From positions 11,671 through 75,670 of IMG/VR virus record IMGVR_UViG_2871871566_000003: a DNA stretch of 64,000 nucleotides. One strand, given 5' to 3'. How positions within the stretch are numbered: the first letter of the stretch is position 1; every line of letters begins with the position of its first letter. Below are positions 41,801 through 47,289 of the stretch, one piece after another. The DNA is from a virus (taxonomy: Duplodnaviria > Caudoviricetes). The notes below the pieces were generated by a model. That model was given only the letters and a program-made list of their open reading frames with translations. It was not told where the DNA came from and did no database searches. Both the position numbers and the translations under genes were made by a program.

Positions 41801-44800
41801 AGCCAGTGTATTCGCCCTTCTCGTTTGGCTCATCAACCTTGATAACCTCCTTGTCTCCATCAATCAGAATCTTCTGCTTCATGATAGGACCATTCTTTGA
41901 TGGAGTCTCGGTTTCCTCGTCAGTAACCTTAATACGACTTTCGAGTTCCTTGTTTACTAAGTCGTCTGGTTCCTCTACTCTTGTTCGTTCTGGTTCTGTT
42001 CCTGCTTCTGCTGGTTCATTTCCTCCTGATGCTTCTTGTTGAGGTTCTTCAACGCCTGAAACATCATGGCTTCCTTCTGTTTCTGAATGTCCTGTTCCAT
42101 AATCTTGCCATTTTTTAAAGTTCAAATACTCATTAATTAGCTCTTCCTTGGTAGGAGCTGCCTCAAACATATTGCCCTCGCCAGTATTTCTAGCCTTAGC
42201 GATGCGGTTGTATTCGTCAAGCAAATCTCTGAAATCAGAAACCTTGCCCTCCAAGGCTAAAGCCATCATCTGAGAGATAGAAGAGTAACGCTTAGCCGCA
42301 TCCTCACCGAACATGTCTGGTGTTCTCAGCAGCGTATCAACCTTATTGCCGCCCTGTCTTGCCTCATAGAGCAATTGGATAGCCTGATCAATTTCATCAC
42401 GAAGAGAGAACTCGCCCAGCTTCATGTTGTCCATTACCGAGCGGATAGCGTTGATAGCCTTATTCTTCACCGTAGAGTCGATGCCCAGCATTCTGATAGT
42501 CTCTGGCTTGAAGATTGAACCCAAAAGAAGGTTCTTCACATACTCCCTGCCTTGTGCAGAAAGTCGCTCAGGACTATCCATCATCTGTGCCACCTCGTTC
42601 TGTCCGATGATGCCTTTATCTACTAACGTCTTCACCAAGTCATTTATTGCCTTGGAATTGTTAAAGAAAGCATCAAGAGAACCATTTCCTTCAATCTCGG
42701 CAACAATCGCGCCTACCTCGTCAGAAGTCAAGGTCTTAGCCTTGGCAACCGCCAGTTCGGTATTGCTCTGAGTCTTCTTCTCGTTTCGGTTAAACTTAGC
42801 GAAGGTAGCTGCATCGTATGGCAATCTCTCATCCGTCACCATTACCAGACGAGGATGCTCGATTCCGCTCTGCTCAATCTGCTCTCTGGTAAAGCCGAAG
42901 TTCTCGGCATTTTCCAGAAGGTCGTTGATGTATTCGCCGTCCGTGCCTTCCTTTGCAGCCTTCTGTCCTGCCATCGTTCTGCCGTTGCCATCATAAACGA
43001 TACCTTCGTCAGATACAACCGGCACATTCTCGATAGCCATACCATTATACTTCATGGCAATCTGGTCGGTATTCTGCTGAGCCGCCTTGTCGTGCTCATA
43101 GTCACGATCGTTCACGGTTCTACCCTCAGCATCGGTAGGGAATCCCTCAGATTTCTTATAGTCGTTATTCACATCATGAGAAGGAGTAAGACTTTCTGCC
43201 GGCACAATCTCATAGTGTCCCTTAATCTTGGTCTCTCCGTCAGGCAGCATTCTTGTGCGTTTGTTGCCCACAAGTCTAGGTGCATTCACAAACTTCTGTG
43301 CAGCCACGCTACCAGCCTCATGCGCACCTTCAACCTGTTCTGTCTTACCCACGGTCTCGGCAACCTTCTTGGCAGTCATAGCCTTCTTGATATTCTGAGC
43401 GTGGGTCAACTGCTTCTTGGCAGCTTCAATAGTCTGATTCTTCAAAGTCTCCTGCTCCATGATGTCGTTAGGCTCGGCGGTATAGTCCACCTTCATCTTC
43501 TCGGCATCCTTCAAAGCCTTCTCTGCTTTCTGAATCTGTCCGTCCACTACCTTTTCAGCATTCTCCCCGAAATCCTCAGTAAGAATCTCCGCACTCTGCT
43601 CAGAAGTCATACTAGCATAGTCTGGCGTAGGTCTTCCCTTACTGTCCATAGCCATAGGAACATCAGAACCATCGGCAAACTTTCTGCTAGGCTGAGGCTG
43701 CTCTACTTGTTGAACTGAGGCATCGCCTTCGCTAGCATTTTCCTCTGCTTCTCCATCACTTCCACTATTGGCATTGTCGCCTTTTCGAATTTTTCCATCT
43801 GTTTCATTGTTACTAATCTCTTCATTTTTATTTTCTTTAGGTTGAACTTCCTGCTGTGCCTTGGCAGCATCCTGCATAGCCTGCTCCTGTGCCGCCTGAT
43901 TGTAAGGCTCAGAGTTCTTCATCTGCAATCTCTGACGATATTCTGCAGCAAACTGGTCAATAGGCTGGTTTTGAACCAGAGTAACCTCATCTGCCTTCAC
44001 ATAAACCAATTCCTTGGTATTAGGGTCCAGGCAGACAAGCATATCGCCGCTTCCTTCCTTAGCTCTGCCAGTAGTCTGGTCGAAAGCAACATCACCCGAA
44101 CCAACAAGAAGTGTTCTTCCGCTGCTGTCTTGAACATACAGAGCCTGCTCGCCATTCATCGCATGACCGTTCAATGTTCCGTGATAGCTCCAATCAGAAA
44201 TAAAGCTCTTCACGTTTTCCTCTATAGCATCAGCAGTAGCCTGCTGCATACCCTGCACTCTAGCGTTCGCATTAATATATTGGGCAAGTGGGGTCAACTC
44301 TTCTTGGGTCAATCCATTCTGAATGAGTGCATCGTAAATCTGTGCCGGCGTCAAGCCCTGCTGGTGCAATTTCTCAAAGGTTTGCTTGAACACATCGTTG
44401 CTATCCATCGCTGCATCAATGGCTTGCTCTGCGTTTCGAAGGTTGCGCAATTCATCAACTACCACGCCGCTGTCCGGGTTGTCCGTTCCCAGACTATGCT
44501 CCTCGGCAACCGTCTTACCTTGGCTGGCAGACTGGTCTGCGTGTGGTCTCCAGCTAGGGAAAAGCTCATCTTCGAGTGCTCTCTTCACATGATAGAAGAT
44601 TCTGTTCTCCTCATCGGTACGCTTCATTGGGTCCTTGCGCATGATTTTGTCAATATCAATAACAATGCTTCCTTCTTTACCAAGAAGTTCTTTGATAGAA
44701 GCCATGAAGTTATTAGTATAACCTTTGCTTTCTGATCTGAGGTAACCAAGCAAGCCGTTCTTATCCGCATACTTCTCCCAGTAAAGATAGAGTGCGCTCT

Positions 44801-47279
44801 TCGGGTTGCGCAAGTCATTAATCAGTCGGGCATTATTCGGGTCTGTAATATCCTTATTCTCGTCATATCCGTTTTCCTTAAGGAATCTAAACGCTAGATT
44901 AGTGACAGTTCCATCATCATCTATGAACTGCATATCCTTCATCCTTGCGTAGCCCATCAGCGACATCATATCGTCATTGTCACGATAAAGCTTCTGTTTG
45001 TAAAGAATAGCTCTGCGCTCATCGGCATTCTTATAAGAGGTACGTGTAAGCAGCGTTCCGTTCTTGGTGTATTCAAGAATCTGTTTGTTCTTCACGTCGT
45101 TCACGCTGCGGTAGCTTTTGCCTCTTGTCGTGTTAAACAGTCCCATGGCCGCATTCACCTTCTCCTTGGTGCTCTGAGAAACGTCTGGGTCGTTCATAAA
45201 ATCCGTGTAAGCAGTCTTATACTTCGGGTCTCTTGGGGCTGTCTTCGATGCGCGGTCCACCTTTACGAAAGCATCCATCAGATTCTTACCCGATGCAGAA
45301 GAAATCAATTCATTCTTCTCGTCAGGAGTCAGACGAATATCCACGGCAATAGGGGAACCGTTGGCATTCTTTCCGATCACGAAATGAGGGTTGGTATTAT
45401 GTGCAAGATTATACAAAGAATTTCCGATATGAGCGTAATTCTTAGGCTCTCCTGCCTTGAATGCCCCCACCATCACCACGTCTTCAAGCCAAGTGCCAAA
45501 AGAAATGTCCTTATCGCCTGTGATATTGTCTGCAACCATCATGGTTCCAGCCTCAACGCCGAGACCCGCGGCAGTAGCACCAAGCTTCTGTGTGCCATGC
45601 AGCCATTTCTCGCTTGTGCTCTTCTCCAAGCCAGTGATACCGAACTTTGATACCCAAGGAGCCATGATAGCACCCGATACTCCGAACATCGCACCAGTGG
45701 TAGCACCATGCCCGAATCCTTCCAATGCTGCATGACCCAATGCCGATAATGAAGTATCGTCACCGGTAGATGCCTGTCCCAGAGCCGCGGTAATGCTGGA
45801 GTAGCCACCCAGATTGAGCGCACTCTTCGCCGTCCCTTCCACCAAGCCAGAAGCAATCTTCTGTGCCATCGTCATGTTTGCAGCCTTGAATGCCAACTGC
45901 TGTGCAGTCAGTTTAGTTCCCATCTTCACAACTCCAGCCTTGGCGAGACCTTTCATCAGGACCTGCTTTCCCAAATCCACTGTCATATTAGATGCGCTTC
46001 CAGTCATACCGAGAATAGGGGAGTCCATCGCCATGTTCGCCGCCGTTGAAACGAAACGTGCGCCCATGCCAGACTTATATCCTTCGTTAGCCTTGTAGCC
46101 ATTAACGCTAGGCATGTCCTCCAAACCGTCTGCAATTGCCATCGCTTCCTGCTCTCTGGCAATCTGCTCTCTCGACTTGTCTTGTCCGGCAGACAAGGTT
46201 CCCAAGATAGAATCGCTGAGTCTTCTCACCACATACTCCGTGGCACTCTGAGGTAAAATCTCCTCGATATTCTTAACGCCCAGTATATTCTGGGCACGCT
46301 GCATCATATGAGGAGTAACATACTTGTCCACGTACTCCTCCACGCCCATGTTCAGCTTGTCGGCACTCTGCATGATGTGCTCCTGTAATCCCTTCTGAGA
46401 GTATATTTCCTGCAACTTGGAACTGAGGGTGTCGGCAAGTACATTCTGGCGGTTCCTGATCCTGTTGTCCTGCAAATCCTTCCACGCCTTGTTTCTCAGA
46501 TAGGCATCATTGCCAGCTTTCTGCAAATCCTGCTGATACTGAGACCAAGACAAATCATCAGCCTCCTTCATTGAAGGAGCAACAAGAGCATCAATCTCAG
46601 GCGCAATAGTACCATATTTGCCGTCATTCATCGTAAATTTGTTGCCTTCAACCTCATACTGGGCGAGATTCCTTGCATCATCCTCTCTCTGCTGCTTGGC
46701 TCTAGCTTGTTTAGCCTCAGGAGTAGAAAGCTGCTGCATCGTCTCGTTGAAATTCTTGGCAGTAGGAGTTATTCTGCTTCTGCTGATAGGGGTAGCTCTC
46801 TGCTGCTCCTGACGTGCTGACTGCTCTTGTGCTCTTTGCATGCGTGCGCGCGCATTACTAGCCTGAGCCTGCTGCAATGGAGTCATTTGGTCGTTGCGCA
46901 TGTGCATCAACCGCCAGTTCTGCATGTAGTCTGTACCAGAAGTAGTAGCCGTTCTAGGCTGCTGAGCCTTCTGCTGCCTTGGCTTCCGATACTGAGCTGC
47001 GACTTCCTGCGCTCTCTGCTTCATTGTCTTTGGCTTCTCGTAATGCTCTTTTTGGTAAGCCTTCATGGTGAACAGATTAAACCCTTCCTTCTGGGCTGCG
47101 CCAACATCCTTTACAGATACGTGACCACGATCACCTGTCTTTCGGTTTACAACTTCAAACCTCGCATCAGGATAAGCTTTTGCGAATCCTTGTGGGTCTG
47201 CGTCATAATCACTCTTCCAAACCGTGTGCTTAGCACCCGATTTGTCTCTAAATATATACTTTAATATATTATCTGGCAT
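29874..47279 (-). CDS. Giant polyvalent (DarB-like) protein: ParB-like domain, N6-adenine methyltransferase, strawberry-notch SF2 helicase, two zincin motifs, possible ART-like domain, LPD38-like C-terminus
   Basis: VYDGNGRTMA (~42980); YSTP, LEPSAGNG and NPPF (40660-40390); GDMTGIGKGRQ, DESH, STGISLH, QMRGRIDRTGQ (39260-37615); LHEMIHE (~35140); WHEVVGH (~33660). Confidence 0.9.
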   Translation of the reverse strand: MPDNILKYIFRDKSGAKHTVWKSDYDADPQGFAKAYPDARFEVVNRKTGDRGHVSVKDVGAAQKEGFNLFTMKAYQKEHYEKPKTMKQRAQEVAAQYRKPRQQKAQQPRTATTSGTDYMQNWRLMHMRNDQMTPLQQAQASNARARMQRAQEQSARQEQQRATPISRSRITPTAKNFNETMQQLSTPEAKQARAKQQREDDARNLAQYEVEGNKFTMNDGKYGTIAPEIDALVAPSMKEADDLSWSQYQQDLQKAGNDAYLRNKAWKDLQDNRIRNRQNVLADTLSSKLQEIYSQKGLQEHIMQSADKLNMGVEEYVDKYVTPHMMQRAQNILGVKNIEEILPQSATEYVVRRLSDSILGTLSAGQDKSREQIAREQEAMAIADGLEDMPSVNGYKANEGYKSGMGARFVSTAANMAMDSPILGMTGSASNMTVDLGKQVLMKGLAKAGVVKMGTKLTAQQLAFKAANMTMAQKIASGLVEGTAKSALNLGGYSSITAALGQASTGDDTSLSALGHAALEGFGHGATTGAMFGVSGAIMAPWVSKFGITGLEKSTSEKWLHGTQKLGATAAGLGVEAGTMMVADNITGDKDISFGTWLEDVVMVGAFKAGEPKNYAHIGNSLYNLAHNTNPHFVIGKNANGSPIAVDIRLTPDEKNELISSASGKNLMDAFVKVDRASKTAPRDPKYKTAYTDFMNDPDVSQSTKEKVNAAMGLFNTTRGKSYRSVNDVKNKQILEYTKNGTLLTRTSYKNADERRAILYKQKLYRDNDDMMSLMGYARMKDMQFIDDDGTVTNLAFRFLKENGYDENKDITDPNNARLINDLRNPKSALYLYWEKYADKNGLLGYLRSESKGYTNNFMASIKELLGKEGSIVIDIDKIMRKDPMKRTDEENRIFYHVKRALEDELFPSWRPHADQSASQGKTVAEEHSLGTDNPDSGVVVDELRNLRNAEQAIDAAMDSNDVFKQTFEKLHQQGLTPAQIYDALIQNGLTQEELTPLAQYINANARVQGMQQATADAIEENVKSFISDWSYHGTLNGHAMNGEQALYVQDSSGRTLLVGSGDVAFDQTTGRAKEGSGDMLVCLDPNTKELVYVKADEVTLVQNQPIDQFAAEYRQRLQMKNSEPYNQAAQEQAMQDAAKAQQEVQPKENKNEEISNNETDGKIRKGDNANSGSDGEAEENASEGDASVQQVEQPQPSRKFADGSDVPMAMDSKGRPTPDYASMTSEQSAEILTEDFGENAEKVVDGQIQKAEKALKDAEKMKVDYTAEPNDIMEQETLKNQTIEAAKKQLTHAQNIKKAMTAKKVAETVGKTEQVEGAHEAGSVAAQKFVNAPRLVGNKRTRMLPDGETKIKGHYEIVPAESLTPSHDVNNDYKKSEGFPTDAEGRTVNDRDYEHDKAAQQNTDQIAMKYNGMAIENVPVVSDEGIVYDGNGRTMAGQKAAKEGTDGEYINDLLENAENFGFTREQIEQSGIEHPRLVMVTDERLPYDAATFAKFNRNEKKTQSNTELAVAKAKTLTSDEVGAIVAEIEGNGSLDAFFNNSKAINDLVKTLVDKGIIGQNEVAQMMDSPERLSAQGREYVKNLLLGSIFKPETIRMLGIDSTVKNKAINAIRSVMDNMKLGEFSLRDEIDQAIQLLYEARQGGNKVDTLLRTPDMFGEDAAKRYSSISQMMALALEGKVSDFRDLLDEYNRIAKARNTGEGNMFEAAPTKEELINEYLNFKKWQDYGTGHSETEGSHDVSGVEEPQQEASGGNEPAEAGTEPERTRVEEPDDLVNKELESRIKVTDEETETPSKNGPIMKQKILIDGDKEVIKVDEPNEKGEYTGSYYEYDGKKYGDLNEVVEYVDGKVKEKPLPLLPKEENPDPTFDPIAAAAQEFKKEHPLTEDEIKEADVDDLSKDMALDYLNGEVTDDLHRAIYESIFAKTRGQKTEPKVEAPKKEPSADPMEGIKNAAEAFGKEKKTKAETEKKPQQKADDAAVAASNKKVNDLWDMLKNAGKDEISASFVGLNSRQLEVLPKLVSAMAENAYLRIKRGMHNLEDVVKEMRKEFAPAAKLFKKEDVDAIYEQMMNIRYRDGEQRMSLKDWADYYEKTSPKHQENLVGDSKTAEERKMAEKRFIDVVNLQLGFKHKFNGIVELRKIAERVGLKDIKDTDLQELAETAIVKRARGIASSESTNDAVKFERIKTLYENQPSLNQRDSERVMKQQYSTPAPYAFLADMYVKGNGKVIESALEPSAGNGMLTIGLPMDKVHVNDIDAQRLANLRRQGFKNVTSQDGTQPFADKDVDVVVTNPPFGSATPKEYDGYKISSLEGQMAINALESMKDDGRAAIIIGGKTEYAKNGSLNPKDKAFLGYLYSHYNVEDVINVDGSLYAKQGTSYPTRIILINGRRNYDPEHKVFPPVDKDARAEAVKDYDELYKRIEDDILRKRGVQKEPLGLSNRERVSDVSGDSLRQKERGGNGVTNNKEHGSGPDGFISDLGTGGSDERPMGETERTPSEHMGDNAELESGRDSDFGADRGTGSASSRLDNGGRVPEGSVARNANETSNERGTGGDRKQQGGQGRSSSSVQRTVPTREGNGLGVKKEESPKRELSTEKVKYVPQSNNPFSLNSVIPADQARATKKALEKIGDVDSFLVDELGYNDADDMHHALASEQADSVALAIHQAKQGNAFIIGDMTGIGKGRQAAAMIRFAYKQGKIPVFITAKKALFSDMYRDLKSIGNSDLRPFIWAAKDKEHSADMTDSEGKLVYQLSSDKEQERVMDYLQKNGKLPDGYDYIVTTYDSFSSGTMDYEDGKKTVRKNGKGSKNGQRKRDVLEAIAKNANVIMDESHKAGGQGSGSAYLQYVVPKLNAITFLSATYAKRPDNMPIYALRTSMNQAGMKPSELIDAIKRGGATLQEVMSQALTASGQFIRRERDMTGVTIDWKTIDDPVVVEEQREQYDSIIGLFNDIINFQRTYVGAYLDKRNDELAAIQASIKNRQGTKDLGIHNQPFASRTYNMVQQVLLSLKAREAAKSAIEHLKNGEKVVIALNNTNESQTEQYEANAEMEAPDLGVVLMKGLQGVLRYDQTDDMGNKTFGTFNLEDLGPDAVARYHEIEDNIKNASTGLSLSPIDVVRDELEAAGYRVGELTGRQTMFVKNQNGTVSKVKRTNTDKKKLALDFNTNKLDALILNRSASTGISLHDSVEYDVEHKPRTMIVVQQQPDVNEEVQMRGRIDRTGQVNRGRYEYIVSQIPSEQRLLMMFKAKLKSLDANTTSSQKSKFNDMEVSDIINKYGDKVVREYMAEHLDLYARMADPFGWEGSFGEDLSTIDPQRLIVTSGGKLGGKEAGADASKLLGRMALLRVSEQEKMLQEIGELYANEIQRLNEMGENDLEITELPLKAKTLHKEVWKQGAEPGGDNAFADNTYIEKVNMAILKKPMKASEVKASQNGLTGGKTWDEYKTEKKTAVKEYFDQKIADETQKYEDRSVKAATKAKEKYIKDGKKGQKDSGMSDEQIEKMAGYQYDNIYKQEKDKLNDVVKNLKAKAEMFERVLDTFDTNSAFVLPADMNNPNELSGFGNSYGRLIDIKITDNFSPNASSVSFATLDGRRKITFPIAGKVGSGENKVDIIGSIDRMTKQAAGMGDSHLRVLNQNFDNWDRLTSNESRKNGYIVTGNLMQALVDSKDQGLGGQLVKYTTDTGEVKTGILMPDRFDPKGLTTDAPINSVVDKFELSSWHGGIDEVTSSDGEVKVKRIDNNRGYYFELRVPKSKAKGGKYFMDEDLLKLVNGNNFETRGNNMLAEFKPEQLKPVLDRLSKMGVKVQEERNTSQDEGTHFREDRGLQYSKTDTKDVKKGRIIPEDVDKNVSSQIEKKFDSAIEDIVEHAEDRDKSGIINDVSSALDDFSDYGRSTIEYFKNDYERKVEKLSGQHTGRHLGSKNDGKGNKGSYLLQYYKTVLAVADRELAYRDARAKNLRETWGLQPGGAFTLGAVERIFKETNRDKGKAKLFQRVLDINKRLGVNIKVSAESPKKRSGEADTYRNIDLYIDGLTKTKAPDYAAPTIMLHEMIHEVTMGAINLVKKGKAEGMLTPKQIEGVKTILEIYDKVKDDKERFKEEPYGLSDAYELTAQMADSRQRKAMGLSIWDKVVNAAHEFARKGDRSILQRLKDAWKKLFEVSEKDKMDKAINDIMDDFNETIDDISMNDIEQDGFAYKVTDKDELDRLNKEKTFRMYSGMQEVDGKLYSPMAAIIDGKRTDATEIGAWMGADERPDLVKNGKFQLVKTDKNPGAGEGPVPAAYNPYMHTSTSVMNDQFSGAYARGNIKVVEWEIPESEKTSSYHAEGAKNSVGLVPWTSGTVNSLLPKDRQRSVMLSRWRKAVRILPDEEVAEKIADQLRGTGLAIPWNVVTPNQLRELVKLGVPITTVEQGRQNPETKEKFLKQMAELEQEFPQAKFVNVKMTKDAFKEWGKDGGTKFRTDHGDGNYPTSSVENHVEKVAQKTGAKVNMVSSVDEITNKAAKAAIEEGRKITGWYDEKTGEVHLYMPNIHDRYTAEKTIWHEVVGHKGMRELFGDERFDKFLREVWYDLDKPENAALKKLVDEERKFNPLNIYDAIEEGIARLAEDGKGEAGFWNGIKNKVSDFLHEIGYRVAPNTKDVKYLLWLSKNLQKNPNDPYWKLRAEAVKYRLDHERMPAVVAHDGMFYGNDGKVRSMDNLTKAEWNEVTDGEIHFRTTPSAGTALDRYHRSLDEHGYMFTESYMDNMLSLKKLMNAIVPDKKIEDIASSENPYMLQNTMQGAMSDAAQMFERNVMKPLDKAMAGVLDAFDGKKDDEKIRNFNLYMITKHGLERNRVFFVRDFLKKMRMDEQKKQDADFLENSYYSDKEYLDNELKAGNIDLKEYYRQLDESIRNHFDADFDAGEHDYSGMHAIQEVAKSSDPYNDAEAIQSVMDSEAKMESIKKGAVKDYWEKVKAATQYSIDSDYKNGIISKELHGHVSNMFNWYVPLRKYDEATAEDTYGYITEQGDPKSYIGSTIMRARGHKYLSETNVLAQIGAMGNRAIKNSGMNAIKMAFARFARNNSNNNLITEVSVWYEKDPMTGIVYERYPDIPDDATPDEINQIVADFNTDMNAKSAQGLASKVYRRGSIGYKFQRAENKSQHIVDVKIAGRTHSFIINGNPRAAQALNGLLEHKNDTLAGRVAASISRNMAQLCTSYNPEFVMRNMIKDFEYASTNLLANEGLVYTKRFEQYYAKVGIIEGIRNSKLKDFADTGGFGLYAKYRNGTLDTTNKLHRYFKEFMENGGETGWVQIKNMKDFTKEYKMHIKGERSRVQKVGKGFYNAIFKNLENVNEIAENLARFATYCASRDSNRSIIRSVYDAKKVSTNFNRHGSGNAVYSFKNGEMGSFKTARRNIYGFTASWFRNSSMFFNAGIQSTNLLIKNFKNNKVGTIGYIASAPFISGMAMALLNNFIISNEDEKDRKGVKDPYGELPDYIRRNNLCVYIGGGEFVTIPLAIEERAFYGLGDFAAGMTFSKNISSQKMPNLTENKDIDKYLNPFMDAVGCMSQLVPVADYLGNSSFGKHPWQETIKALAPSATSPFLEWVYNSDWKGAPIQRENKFDENQPSWMLAYKGTPEWMINRNKEVNALTNDVAPGNEDMKGNDFLDAVTNPSALHHFYGSYFGGAATFVERVGGLIKNGKDTETKDIPFLRSLLYTPSEQSSLQRTKSKWYNYKDEMEKTMANVDRLKSKNVPLDKRITNIGEYYQFQNSKEAAKVRIIELAEKQMKRWKKLRDKSSDTESINFANQNIDRIMMDAVDELDRLE
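35291..35584 (-). CDS. Nested (+1 frame) ~95-aa helical protein
   Basis: GAATGATTATG start context (ATG 35578 or 35584); helical composition. Confidence 0.4.
   Translation of the reverse strand: MIMKEKLKSYQDSIPDDILVVRTTVREIKALIYCNIIRPFSPSLTENLPIETLEQRISERLGDCSQEERSHLEPLNEFLKKQIEIKERLNSSKEFSI
39530..40036 (-). CDS. Nested (+1 frame) acidic 168-aa protein inside the giant gene
   Basis: Protein-like amphipathic sequence; start context GAAAGATTATG; outer frame is G/R/S/E low complexity across the overlap. Confidence 0.7.
   Translation of the reverse strand: MTNFINELKMTYYVNEGCRKNPWDFPTENVFLTFPGIVSDKKSEVVTESQITRSMALDLMDSYQIWEPEEVMSDLWEKLNELHLNTWEITPNWKAEEIPTLEQIEELAQQVLDWTTEGEYLKAQLLGMPMRPATKEEQEEIESNKEDKDVPAAAFSGLFPHEREMDWE
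41975..42100 (-). CDS. Nested (+1 frame) 41-aa peptide MEQDIQKQKEAMMFQALKNLNKKHQEEMNQQKQEQNQNEQE
   Basis: CAAGATTATG start context; lies in a low-complexity linker. Confidence 0.45.
   Translation of the reverse strand: MEQDIQKQKEAMMFQALKNLNKKHQEEMNQQKQEQNQNEQE
43703..43825 (-). CDS. Nested (+1 frame) 40-aa peptide MKRLVTMKQMEKFEKATMPIVEVMEKQRKMLAKAMPQFNK
   Basis: AAAATAAAAATG start context; amphipathic helix; lies in a linker. Confidence 0.5.
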   Translation of the reverse strand: MKRLVTMKQMEKFEKATMPIVEVMEKQRKMLAKAMPQFNK

Positions 47280-47289
47280 AAATTAATAA

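Noticed and set aside
46273-46485. Same-strand +2-frame ORF in the giant gene, and +1 ORFs such as 41339-41545, 42842-43045 and 48489-48698
   Set aside because: No A-rich start context, composition typical of off-frame reading, and they overlap well-folded outer domains.
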